Below, piece by piece: positions 19,016 through 28,029 of a stretch of DNA of 64,000 nt. The stretch spans positions 32,001 to 96,000 of the forward strand of contig JBDHJS010000005.1 of the NCBI GenBank assembly GCA_039586795.1. Reading direction: 5' to 3'. The notes below the pieces were generated by a model that searched no databases, was not told where the DNA came from, and was given only the letters and a program-made list of their open reading frames with translations. The position numbers and the translations under genes were made by a program. This DNA is from Gemmatimonadota bacterium. GTDB taxonomy: Bacteria; Gemmatimonadota; Gemmatimonadetes; Palauibacterales; KS3-K002. Every line of letters begins with the position of its first letter. Positions within the stretch are counted from its first letter, which is position 1.

Positions 19016-21203
19016 CGATCGGCGTGTCGTTCTAGCGCTGGTCTCGCTGTTATGTCTCGCATCACCGTGCACACTGTCGGCTCAACACGTGCTCGAGCTG
19101 GCCCGGGAACGTCACAAAAATCCCGATCCCGAGCTTATCGACTACAGATCGCGGCTCAACACGTTGGTCAGCGCCGGTTGGATCACCGATCCGCTGGCGC
19201 CGGCCCAGCTGATCATCGCCAGCGAGCTGGCGTCGACCGTCGCCTGGGAGCGCGCCGGTGGATTGCAGGTGAGGATGGTCGGCCAACGATACGTCACGTC
19301 GTTCGGTCGCGATGTGGAGGCCGGTCTGGATTTCGGCCAGCCCTGGTTCGTCGCCACAACGCCGGGCGACAGCCTGCGCGTTCTGGGGAGTATCGAGATA
19401 CCGAACCGCGCGGCGATCCACCCGTTCGCGATGGGCGCCGACCGCTACTACGAGTATGAGCTCGGCGATACGGTGGCTTTGCTGGTCCCCGGGCGACGCG
19501 TCGACCTCATCGAGGTGCGCGTCACGCCGACGCGAGGCGACGAATCGCTGGTCGTCGGGTCACTGTGGGTTGATGGATTAACCGGTGACATCGGCGCGAT
19601 GCAGATCCGCTTCGTCGGCCGTCCGTTATGGGCCGATGACGACGATCCCGACGGGCAGAAGTGGGCGAACCGCATCCTCTCGGTGTCGGCCTCTATTCAG
19701 CAGGGCCTGTGGGAGACCCGCTACTGGTTGCCGCATCGCCAGGAGCTGGAGTTGATGGTGCGAATCCCGTTCATCGGCAACTTCGCGATTCCCGTGATGT
19801 TTAAGAGTGAGTTCGGCCGCTACGACATCAACACCGGCGAGGCGATCGATTGGGTGTCGCCAGACTCGCTTCGCATCGGTGATGAATCGGATGTTGACTT
19901 CCATGACGGCACGACGATGGCGATCAACGTCGGTGAACGGGCGGACATGGAGGAGGTGGCCGGCCCGGACACGGCGGGCGTGCACGAAGTCTTCCCGGAG
20001 CGTGAGATGCTGCAGGTGCGAGCCGGGCCTGCCAAGGGCGGCTGGGAGATCATTCGGCCGCCAGACGATACGCTTCTGGCGTTTGACGAGTGGGACCGGC
20101 CGCTGGAGGAGCCGGCGTCAGAGCTGACCATGCCATCGGCGGAAGAGTTGGAGCGGCGCGCGCGGTCGCTCTCCAACGAGATCATGGGGCGTAAGCTCTT
20201 TTCGATCCAATACGATCGGCTGCCTGAGTTCCTCCGTTACAATCGAGTCGAGGCGTTGGGCGTCGGGCTGTTCGGCCGCTATGAGATCCCGCGCCGACCG
20301 TTCTGGTCGTTGGGCGGCGGCATCGGCTTTGGTTTGGCGGACCTGGCGTTCAAGGGCAAGGCGGATATTCGTTACGACGCGCCGAGCAAACAGCTGCAGC
20401 TGGCCGGATACAGCGAGTATCATTTCATGGGCAGCACGCTGACCAACGACAAGCGCGCCTACACCGAATTCCTACGACCGTTCTTCCTGGGTCGCGACGA
20501 CAACGATTACTACCGAGCCAGCGGCGTCGCACTGACTGCCGGCCGTCGCTGGGGCCGTTTTAGTCTCAAGATCGGTGCCGGCTGGGAAGATCATCGCACG
20601 GTCGAGAAGAACACCGACATCGCGATTCCCGGAATCTGGAAAGACACCGTCTTCCAACCCAACCCGCCGGCCGACGAAGGCGACTACTGGCGTGGTGACC
20701 TTTCCGGCACGATCTACATCGGCGACTGGACACGGCCGACCAATCGCGCCGAGTTCGGATTCGGCCTCGAAGGAGGCACGGGAAGCGGAAGCGAGTATCT
20801 GCAGCCGCGGGCCAGCCTGGAGGGTCGGATCGACTTCGGAAGCTTCGCCGCGATGGCGTTCACCACGCAGGCCGGTTGGTCGACCGGCACCGTTCCGTTC
20901 CAACGCCTCTGGGGGTTGGGTGGCCTGCGGACGGTTCGTGGCTTCATCTTCGGGAGCCAGCGCGGCGACTCGTTCTGGTTCGGACAGCTGGAGCTGTCTC
21001 CCAAGCGGAAGCGAATCACGCCGGTGATCTTTGGCGATGTCGGCTGGGCCGGCGACGTCAACGACTGGCCAAACGACGACCGGGAGCCGTTGTGGTCGCT
21101 GGGTATCGGCGCCAGCTTCTTCTACGGGGTGTTCCGAACCGACCTGGTGTTTCCGAAGGCAGAGGACGTTTGGTTCGAGTTCTATTTCGCCGGCGCTCTA
21201 TAG
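18990..21203 (+). CDS. Outer-membrane Omp85/BamA-TamA-like barrel with large N-terminal periplasmic region (DUF5686-like)
   Basis: Signal peptide; YY.Y.LGDT..G.LWVD; YNRVE; C-terminal amphipathic strands; LGG.RTVRGF; F.DVGWA. Confidence 0.7.
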   Translation: MHSVQFDRSDRRVVLALVSLLCLASPCTLSAQHVLELARERHKNPDPELIDYRSRLNTLVSAGWITDPLAPAQLIIASELASTVAWERAGGLQVRMVGQRYVTSFGRDVEAGLDFGQPWFVATTPGDSLRVLGSIEIPNRAAIHPFAMGADRYYEYELGDTVALLVPGRRVDLIEVRVTPTRGDESLVVGSLWVDGLTGDIGAMQIRFVGRPLWADDDDPDGQKWANRILSVSASIQQGLWETRYWLPHRQELELMVRIPFIGNFAIPVMFKSEFGRYDINTGEAIDWVSPDSLRIGDESDVDFHDGTTMAINVGERADMEEVAGPDTAGVHEVFPEREMLQVRAGPAKGGWEIIRPPDDTLLAFDEWDRPLEEPASELTMPSAEELERRARSLSNEIMGRKLFSIQYDRLPEFLRYNRVEALGVGLFGRYEIPRRPFWSLGGGIGFGLADLAFKGKADIRYDAPSKQLQLAGYSEYHFMGSTLTNDKRAYTEFLRPFFLGRDDNDYYRASGVALTAGRRWGRFSLKIGAGWEDHRTVEKNTDIAIPGIWKDTVFQPNPPADEGDYWRGDLSGTIYIGDWTRPTNRAEFGFGLEGGTGSGSEYLQPRASLEGRIDFGSFAAMAFTTQAGWSTGTVPFQRLWGLGGLRTVRGFIFGSQRGDSFWFGQLELSPKRKRITPVIFGDVGWAGDVNDWPNDDREPLWSLGIGASFFYGVFRTDLVFPKAEDVWFEFYFAGAL

Positions 21204-21213
21204 AGCTACACCG

Positions 21214-22563
21214 ATGACGCGAATCCTGATCGTCGACGACGAAGGCAACATCCGCCGGATGGTTGCCAGCCTTCTGGAAGCGGAAGGCTACACCACCGTA
21301 GAAGCAGGCTCCGGTGAAGAAGGCCTGCGCAAGATCGCGTCCGAGGAGCCCGACGCTATGCTTCTCGATCTGGCGCTGCCCGGGCAGAGCGGCATCGAGA
21401 TTCTCGGACAGGTCGCCGAGCGCTGGCCCGAAGTCCCGGTCATCATGATGAGCGGGCAGGCGACGCTGAGCGATGCGGTTAAGGCGACGCGCCTGGGCGC
21501 TTTTCAGTTCCTCGAGAAGCCTCTAACGCCCGAAGCGGTGCTGATCACACTGCAGTCGGCGCTCGAACTGCGCCGACAACGCGATATCAACCGCGCCCTG
21601 CGACAGGAACTGGAGCCTGGCCAGGAGATGGTGGGAGCGAGCGCCGTCATGGAAGAAGTCCGGGCGCTGGTGCGACGCGTCGCTACGACCGATTCTCGGG
21701 TCTTAATCACCGGCGATAGCGGCACGGGCAAGGAGTTGGTGGCGATCGCGGTTCACGGCACGTCGGAGCGGCGCAACGGTCCGTTCGTGCGCATCAACTG
21801 CGCGGCGATCCCTCGCGACCTGATCGAGAGCGAGATGTTCGGCCACGAGAAGGGCGCCTTCACGGGCGCCACGGCGCAGCGGCGTGGCAAGTTCGAACTG
21901 GCGAGCGGCGGCACGCTGTTTCTGGACGAGGTGGGCGACCTGAGTCCGGAAGCGCAGGCGAAGCTGCTGCGCGCCATCGATGCGGGTGAGATCGAGCGCG
22001 TCGGCGGCGACGAGCTGATCCCGATCGACGTTCGCATCGTCGCGGCGACGAACCACGATCTGGAGAAGGAAGTCTCGGAAGGAAGTTTCCGCGAGGACCT
22101 GTTCTTCAGACTGCACGTGATGCCGATCAAGCTGCCGCCGCTGCGCGAGCGGCGCGAAGATATACCGAGCCTGGTCACGCATTTCGTCGAGCGCTTCCGG
22201 GCACGCCACGGTCTGCGGCCGCCCGATTTCAGCGAATCGGCGATGAAAGCGCTGGTCACCTACGATTGGCCCGGCAACATCCGCGAGCTGGGCAACGCGA
22301 TCGAGCGTTTGATGATCCTCTATCCCGAGAAGACGATCTCGTCGACGGAGATCGAATCCGTCCTGCCCCGCGTTCAACTCGCGCCCACGTCGCTCGACGT
22401 CGAAGGCGGCTCTCTCTCCGAGATGCTCGAAGGCTACGAGCGCCAAGTTATACGCAACGCCTTGGACGCATCGGCGGGCAATGTCGCTGAAGCCGCGCGT
22501 AAGTTGAGTACCGATCGGCCTAATTTGTATAGACGGATGAAGAGGTTGGGGATCGATCGGTAG
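21214..22563 (+). CDS. Sigma54-dependent response regulator (REC-AAA-Fis HTH), NtrX/NtrC-like
   Basis: ILIVDDE, LLDL, GDSGTGKE, GAFTGA, LFLDEV, WPGNIREL, HTH. Confidence 0.96.
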   Translation: MTRILIVDDEGNIRRMVASLLEAEGYTTVEAGSGEEGLRKIASEEPDAMLLDLALPGQSGIEILGQVAERWPEVPVIMMSGQATLSDAVKATRLGAFQFLEKPLTPEAVLITLQSALELRRQRDINRALRQELEPGQEMVGASAVMEEVRALVRRVATTDSRVLITGDSGTGKELVAIAVHGTSERRNGPFVRINCAAIPRDLIESEMFGHEKGAFTGATAQRRGKFELASGGTLFLDEVGDLSPEAQAKLLRAIDAGEIERVGGDELIPIDVRIVAATNHDLEKEVSEGSFREDLFFRLHVMPIKLPPLRERREDIPSLVTHFVERFRARHGLRPPDFSESAMKALVTYDWPGNIRELGNAIERLMILYPEKTISSTEIESVLPRVQLAPTSLDVEGGSLSEMLEGYERQVIRNALDASAGNVAEAARKLSTDRPNLYRRMKRLGIDR

Positions 22564-22578
22564 GCAGGTAACTGCACT

Positions 22579-22759
22579 ATTTCGACAGCCGACAGCCGAC
22601 AGCCGCGTACCGACTTTCGAGTCCTGTTGGGCGATCGACGCCCGACGCTCGACGTACGTCGTTCGAGATCGACGTAGGACGCGCGTCGGACGTCGGGCGT
22701 TGGAAGCCGAATAGGATTCGGGCGCCGATACGTGGCTGTCGGCTGTCGGCTGTCGAAAT
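22579..22759 (+). repeat. 181-nt long inverted-repeat element with heptamer-periodic arms
   Basis: Perfect 26-bp terminal IR ATTTCGACAGCCGACAGCCGACAGCC; imperfect pairing continues about 50 bp inward. Confidence 0.85.
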
Positions 22760-22761
22760 GT

Positions 22762-22782
22762 AATGTGCCGGAACGGCACATT
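22762..22782. promoter_or_regulatory. Candidate enhancer (activator binding site)
   Basis: Perfect palindrome AATGTGCCG-GAA-CGGCACATT about 80-100 bp upstream of a -24/-12 element. Confidence 0.6.
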
Positions 22783-22861
22783 TCCGTCTCCAACTGACAC
22801 GCCCTCCTCCCCAGCCATCCCGAAACTCCGCACCATCCCTTAACCGACCAGCCAGCCAACG

Positions 22862-22877
22862 GGGTATTGGGTTTGCT
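22862..22877 (+). promoter_or_regulatory. Candidate sigma54 (-24/-12) promoter
   Basis: GGGTAT-TGGGT-TTGCT; GG-N10-GC spacing; upstream of the GGAGG RBS and ATG at 22920. Confidence 0.6.
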
Positions 22878-22919
22878 TCGAAATAGGCAGACGAGCAGTT
22901 TGCCTGTGCGGAGGAAACC

Positions 22920-24614
22920 ATGAGACTCTACAAATTCTTCATTGCAGCAGCCCTCCTTTTCTGCATCCAGTCGATCGCCAGCGCCCAGGACACGGTGACC
23001 GTGGGCGTACAGGCGCCGCTGGCCGCGGGAGAGGAGCTGCCTCGGAGCGTGGCAGACCGGCTGATCGCCTATTACAACCGCGAGTCCACGATCCGCTTCG
23101 GCGGTCGGACCCACATACCCGGTGGACGGACGATTACCGGCGATGTCGGGGTACTGGGCGGGCCCGTCGACCTGGCGGGCACGGTGGACGGCGACCTGTT
23201 GCTGATCAACGGCGACATCACGCTACGCGAAGGCTCACGAATAACCGGCGACCTGATCGTGGTCGGCGGTGTCGTGATCGGTCAGGACGAGGGGCAGGTC
23301 GATGGTGTCATCACGGTGTACACGGCAATCCTCCGCTACCGTCGCACCGATGATGGGATCGAGTACATGGGATCGGAAGCGGTTCGCACCTACGAACCGG
23401 GTGAAGGTCGAAAGCTGGAGCTTCCGTCGTGGAAGCTGGGAGACAGCCAGATCTTCCTTGCGATCGGGCCGTACAACAGGATCGAGGCGCTGCCGATCAG
23501 GGTCGGGCCGCGCATCACGACGAGCGGCAGCAACCCGCTCCGCGTCGAGGCATTGCTCGTCTACCGAACGATCGGTGGTTTCTCGCCGAGCTCCGCCGAC
23601 ATCGGCTACGAGGTGCGGGCACGCCAGTGGCTGTTCGGCCATCGATCGGTGTGGCTCGAGGGTGGATTACAGCAGGTCATCAGCCCGATCGAGAATTGGC
23701 ATCTGTCGAACCTGGAGAACTCGCTCACGCTATTCCTCTTCCGTCGGGATTACAGGGACTACTTCGAGCGGGAAGGGTGGTACGGGCAGTTCGGCTGGGA
23801 GACCGAGGGCGGCTTCTTCGGGTCCGCCGAGTACCGCGACGAACGAAACCGAACCCGGAATACCAACAACGTCTGGACGATCTTCTTCAACAAGGGCGAC
23901 CCGCTGCGGCCCAACGCGGCGATCGACCAGGGCGAGCTCAGAAGTCTGCTGTTCACGATCGGGATCGACACGCGGACGGATGAGATCCGCCCGCTCTCCG
24001 GTTGGTACACCTCGTTCATGGTCGAGCAGGCGGTCGGCGGAGAGCTCAGCGGACGAAAGCCCGACTTCACCCAATTCTCCCTCGACGCCCGCAGGTACTT
24101 CAGGGTAAGCCGCAATTCTGTTCTGGCATTGCGGCTCGCCGGCGGCGGCCCGTTCGGCAGAGACGTGGTGCCTGCACAGCGGGAGCATTACATCGGCGGC
24201 GCCGGCTCGTTGCCCGGCTACGACATGATGCAGTTCGACTGCGGGGCGCGGGGCTCGCCAGACTTCGGAACACTCCCCGACTACGGCTGTCAGCGCTTCG
24301 CCCTCTTCCAGGCGGAGTACCGCAGCAGCCTGAATTTCCATTTCCACTGGGACCACAGATCGACGCCACGGGATGCTCAATGGAAGGGCAGTCCGTTCAG
24401 CGCCGATTTCAACCCGGCCATCGTCCTGTTCTACAACGCTGGCTCGGCATGGAGTACCGATGAGGATTATTGGAACCACCTCACGAAAGGTGACAACTGG
24501 GTAGCGGACCTCGGAGCCGGAGTGGAATTCGGCGGTCTGGGTCTCTATTTCGCCTACCCGTTGGTCGGAACAGGGGGGCTCAACGTAGTCCTGCGGCTCA
24601 CCGCCCGGTTCTGA
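22920..24614 (+). CDS. Omp85-like outer-membrane barrel with N-terminal bactofilin-like beta-helix repeats
   Basis: Signal peptide; ITGDVGVLGG.V.L.GTVDGDLL.INGDI.L...SRITGDL.VVGG; YNRIE; IGG.GSLPGY; terminal Phe. Confidence 0.75.
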   Translation: MRLYKFFIAAALLFCIQSIASAQDTVTVGVQAPLAAGEELPRSVADRLIAYYNRESTIRFGGRTHIPGGRTITGDVGVLGGPVDLAGTVDGDLLLINGDITLREGSRITGDLIVVGGVVIGQDEGQVDGVITVYTAILRYRRTDDGIEYMGSEAVRTYEPGEGRKLELPSWKLGDSQIFLAIGPYNRIEALPIRVGPRITTSGSNPLRVEALLVYRTIGGFSPSSADIGYEVRARQWLFGHRSVWLEGGLQQVISPIENWHLSNLENSLTLFLFRRDYRDYFEREGWYGQFGWETEGGFFGSAEYRDERNRTRNTNNVWTIFFNKGDPLRPNAAIDQGELRSLLFTIGIDTRTDEIRPLSGWYTSFMVEQAVGGELSGRKPDFTQFSLDARRYFRVSRNSVLALRLAGGGPFGRDVVPAQREHYIGGAGSLPGYDMMQFDCGARGSPDFGTLPDYGCQRFALFQAEYRSSLNFHFHWDHRSTPRDAQWKGSPFSADFNPAIVLFYNAGSAWSTDEDYWNHLTKGDNWVADLGAGVEFGGLGLYFAYPLVGTGGLNVVLRLTARF

Positions 24615-25234
24615 TCGCGGCCGCTACCGCCCTGATTCTGGCCGCCGCCAGCACGGCGTCGGCCCAGGATCCCCATCTGTCCGTCTCTCCGGGCAACGCG
24701 GAGAACGGATGGCGGGGCGCCGTACGTCCTGTCGGGCTGCTCACCGATTCGGCGCTCATTCGCCCCCTCATCTCCGGCCTGCCTCTGCGCTTCCACTTCC
24801 AGCTGGAGCTGTGGAACGACAGGTTCCTGACGGACGGCCTGGTGCACCGGGCGACGTGGTCGCTGATCCTCTATCAGGAACCGCTGTCCGATGAGTACCG
24901 GATGACCTACTCGTGGGCGCCGGAAGCGGAGGATTGGTTCATCACGCTGGAGGCGGCATCGGCGGCGCTGGAACGATGGTGGAATACGGTGTTGCCGGGC
25001 CCCGAACCGGGAAGCGGTTCGTATTACTACGAAGCGAAGCTCGAGGTGGAGATTCTCTCGTTGGGCGATCTTGATGAGCTGGAGCATTGGCTGCGCGGGG
25101 AGGTCACCGGCGAGGAAATCACGGGCGGCGGGGTCTTCGGCGCGCTGGGTCGGGGCCTCAAACGGCTGTTCATCCGAATGATCGGGCTCTCCGCCCGAAA
25201 TTACGAGTCCCGCACCGAGTCCTTCAGACCGTAG
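24611..25234 (+). CDS. Exported DUF4390-like protein, probable CTG start
   Basis: Frame open 77 codons upstream of the track start; signal peptide (L)IAAATALILAAASTASA-QD; LISGLPLRFHFQLELW. Confidence 0.6.
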   Translation: MIAAATALILAAASTASAQDPHLSVSPGNAENGWRGAVRPVGLLTDSALIRPLISGLPLRFHFQLELWNDRFLTDGLVHRATWSLILYQEPLSDEYRMTYSWAPEAEDWFITLEAASAALERWWNTVLPGPEPGSGSYYYEAKLEVEILSLGDLDELEHWLRGEVTGEEITGGGVFGALGRGLKRLFIRMIGLSARNYESRTESFRP

Positions 25235-25303
25235 GAACTCGCCCCACCCAGTGAGGTCGTACTCGCACGCGTACTGGTGATCGAGTAGGAGAACATTGTC
25301 CGA

Positions 25304-25525
25304 CTATTCTTCGACCCCAGCCTCATTCACGTACTCAAGCAGATCGCCGGGCTGGCAGTCCAACTCGCGACAGATCGCGGCCAAGGTCGAGAAGCGGACC
25401 GCCTTCGCCTTGTTCGTCTTCAGGATCGAGAGGTTGGCCAGCGTGATTCCGATTCGCTCCGCCAGATCGGTCAGCGTGACCTTTCGTTCGACGAGAAGAC
25501 GGTCGAGGTGAACCACGATTCTCAT
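25304..25525 (-). CDS. Cro/C1-type HTH regulator, YozG-like
   Basis: LAERIGIT.ANLSILKTNKAKAVRFSTL..IC..LDCQPGDLL. Confidence 0.93.
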   Translation of the reverse strand: MRIVVHLDRLLVERKVTLTDLAERIGITLANLSILKTNKAKAVRFSTLAAICRELDCQPGDLLEYVNEAGVEE

Positions 25526-25535
25526 CGTAACTACC

Positions 25536-26162
25536 TCACACCGTGAGCGATTGCTCTTCGTGCATCACCGAGGCCTGGCGGAAAACCTCGGCGATTAACA
25601 GAACTACGCCGCCGACGAACAGCAATCCGAGATTCGGTCGGAACGAGCTCACAATCGTCAGGCCCGTGATGCTGAGGTTCGCCTTCGCGAAGGAGGACAG
25701 CGCCAGCATGACGGCCCACCTGAAGAGTTCGAGCGCGACGATCAGGTACCCGATCAGCCTGACGCGGCTCGCGTTGACCCAGGCGAATGGCTCACCCGCC
25801 GCCAACCTCCTGAGCACCGCCCGAGTTTGGTGGAGGACGACCAGCAACAACGCAATCCAACTCCCGCCCAAGAAGATGTAGCCGAGCAAGAGTGCCCGGT
25901 TTCCGGTCCGGATCCCCAGCTTTCCCCTCGTCTCAAAGAACCCTGAACTTTCAATCTCGATCGTCTCGGAGCTGATCTCGTACGCGGAGGCCTCCAGCTC
26001 AAACGACAACGGCACATCGACGCGCATGTTCGCAGGGTTCCCCAACGCCGCCAGGATCACAGCGATCACCCAAAGCGCAGCGGACAAAAGGGTGACGTAC
26101 CACATCACCTCCAGCCCGATCCGCAGCACCGACGACAGCGACTTCTCTCCAAATGCCTTCAT
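25536..26162 (-). CDS. DUF2975-family membrane protein
   Basis: 4 TM; GEPF...N..R.R.IG; IAEVF..A....EEQ.LTV; typical partner of YozG. Confidence 0.85.
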   Translation of the reverse strand: MKAFGEKSLSSVLRIGLEVMWYVTLLSAALWVIAVILAALGNPANMRVDVPLSFELEASAYEISSETIEIESSGFFETRGKLGIRTGNRALLLGYIFLGGSWIALLLVVLHQTRAVLRRLAAGEPFAWVNASRVRLIGYLIVALELFRWAVMLALSSFAKANLSITGLTIVSSFRPNLGLLFVGGVVLLIAEVFRQASVMHEEQSLTV

Positions 26163-26221
26163 GACACTTCTCCAGTTCCCAAAGCCCGCCACGGCGGGCG
26201 CGATCTCAGGGGCACCGCTGT

Positions 26222-26263
26222 ATTTATTGTAAAACGATAAATCCTTATTGTCAATCAATAAGG
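26222..26263 (-). promoter_or_regulatory. sigma70 promoter overlapped by two tandem operator palindromes
   Basis: Minus strand TTGACA (26254-26249)-17 bp-TACAAT (26231-26226); ATTTATTG-N5-CGATAAAT and CCTTATTG-N5-CAATAAGG. Confidence 0.8.
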
Positions 26264-26308
26264 ACACGCCCTCCCGTAGAGGAACCCGCTCGCTTCGGGA
26301 CTCGTTTC

Positions 26309-26998
26309 ATGCGCATGAGACGATATCCTTCTCTTGTGCTGGCGATCGCTGGCGCGATCGCTCTTCTGGTAGCGCCCGCCGAGGCGCTGCCCCAGGAAGC
26401 CCGACCGCTGGCGGAGGCCCACTTCGGCGACCGGTGGACCGATCGCTGGAACGAAGTGAAGCTGGCGCGACGCGTTAATCAGTTCAGTGCGGTGGAGGAC
26501 TCGGCGGGAGCCGCGTTGCTGGCGCGGAGCGATCGGTCTGCATCGGCGCTCTGGTACCCTCTCGGTCTTGGGCCTCAAGACGCGGCGGTGGTGTCCTGGC
26601 GCTGGAAGATCGAGTCGGCGCTGGCGGGCAACGATCGCGAGCGGGAGAAGCGGGGCGACGATTATGCGGCTCGCTTCTTCGTGATCTTCGACGACGAGCC
26701 GTTCAGCCGCGGTGCCCGTGCGATCTGCTACGTGTGGGCGAGCCGCGAGCCGGTGGGCGCCGAGTATCGAAATCCCTACTTCTCGGCGGTCCAAACAATC
26801 GTTCTGCAAAGCGGCGATGAGCGTTCCGGTCAGTGGACGGAGGAGGAACGCGACTTCCTACGCGACTACCGCGCCGCATTCGGCGAGGACCCGGAATCTC
26901 TCACAGCCTTGGCAGTGATGGTCGATACGGATAACACCGAGTCGCGCGTCAGCGCCTGGTTCAGCGGTATCGCGGTTTGGGCCGAGGGCACCAAGTGA
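26309..26998 (+). CDS. DUF3047-family exported protein
   Basis: Signal peptide; SWRWKI; GDDYAAR..V.F; YVWA; DY..AFGE.P; M.DTDNT. Confidence 0.85.
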   Translation: MRMRRYPSLVLAIAGAIALLVAPAEALPQEARPLAEAHFGDRWTDRWNEVKLARRVNQFSAVEDSAGAALLARSDRSASALWYPLGLGPQDAAVVSWRWKIESALAGNDREREKRGDDYAARFFVIFDDEPFSRGARAICYVWASREPVGAEYRNPYFSAVQTIVLQSGDERSGQWTEEERDFLRDYRAAFGEDPESLTALAVMVDTDNTESRVSAWFSGIAVWAEGTK

Positions 26999-26999
26999 G

Positions 27000-27935
27000 C
27001 TACACGTACTTGAGGCCGGTATCGCAGAGGATCGTGGCGATTATCGGGTCGGGACCAAGCTGACCGCTCTCTGCCAGTTTGCAAGCGGCGCACACGTTGG
27101 CCGCGGCCGAGTAGCCAACGAACAGGCCTTCAGTCTCCGCCAGTTTCTTCTGAAACTCGGTCGCCTCTTCATCCGAGACGGACAGGAAGCCATCTACCAG
27201 TTCAGGTTGCCATTGTGGTGGAACGATGCTGTAGCCCGTCCCCTGCAACAGGTGGTCCGGCTTGGTCACCTCCATGCAGGCGAGCACTTCGGCGCCAAGC
27301 GGTTCGACGGCGCAGCAGTGAATGGATGGTCGACGGCGTTTGAGGTACCGACTGGTACCGATGAACGTGCCGCCGGTACCGACGCAGGCGACGAAGGCGT
27401 CGAGTTCGTCCCCGACCGCTTCTTCGATCTCTGGCCCCGTACCGTCCTCGTGCGCGGCGACACAGGACGGATTGTTGAATTGATCGACATAATAGGCGCC
27501 CCGATCGCGCACCAATTCTTCGGCCCGGGCGATCGCGGCGCCGATATCCTTACCGGTCACCTTGCCAGGAGAGCCATCGACTTGGGGAACGAGCACGACC
27601 TCCGCTCCCAATACTTCCAGCATCTTTGCACGAGCCGGGCTGTTCCCTTCCGACAACGTGGCGATGAACGGATTGCCGTAGACGTTGCAGACGACGGCCA
27701 ACCCGGCACCCATGTTGCCGCTGGTCATCTCGACCACCAGCTGACCCGGCATCAGGCGGCCCGCATTCCGCGCGTCTTGTATGATTCGCAGCGCCGCGCG
27801 ATCCTTAACGCTGCCCCCCGGCTGCACGAACTCGGCTTTGGCGACGATCTTCCCCGGACCCGGGTGGATCCGCCCCAAGGCGACCAGCGGCGTGCGGCCG
27901 ATGAGGGCGAGAACGTCGGCGGAGATCTTGGACAT
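27000..27935 (-). CDS. PLP-dependent cysteine synthase family protein
   Basis: IG.TPLV, PGGSVKDR (PLP Lys), TSGNMG, GTGGT, CDTG.KY; exact substrate unknown. Confidence 0.88.
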   Translation of the reverse strand: MSKISADVLALIGRTPLVALGRIHPGPGKIVAKAEFVQPGGSVKDRAALRIIQDARNAGRLMPGQLVVEMTSGNMGAGLAVVCNVYGNPFIATLSEGNSPARAKMLEVLGAEVVLVPQVDGSPGKVTGKDIGAAIARAEELVRDRGAYYVDQFNNPSCVAAHEDGTGPEIEEAVGDELDAFVACVGTGGTFIGTSRYLKRRRPSIHCCAVEPLGAEVLACMEVTKPDHLLQGTGYSIVPPQWQPELVDGFLSVSDEEATEFQKKLAETEGLFVGYSAAANVCAACKLAESGQLGPDPIIATILCDTGLKYV

Positions 27936-28029
27936 GAGTACAAGTATCCGCCGATTCAGAAGGACCGCAAGCCGCCGCCTCGACGCGCCGGCATCTGACG
28001 ACATTACTCAGAACAGGAGCGTTGTCTGA

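Noticed and set aside
25254..25290. Degenerate hexamer run (TCGTAC TCGCAC GCGTAC) between convergent genes
   Set aside because: Too short and degenerate to distinguish from chance
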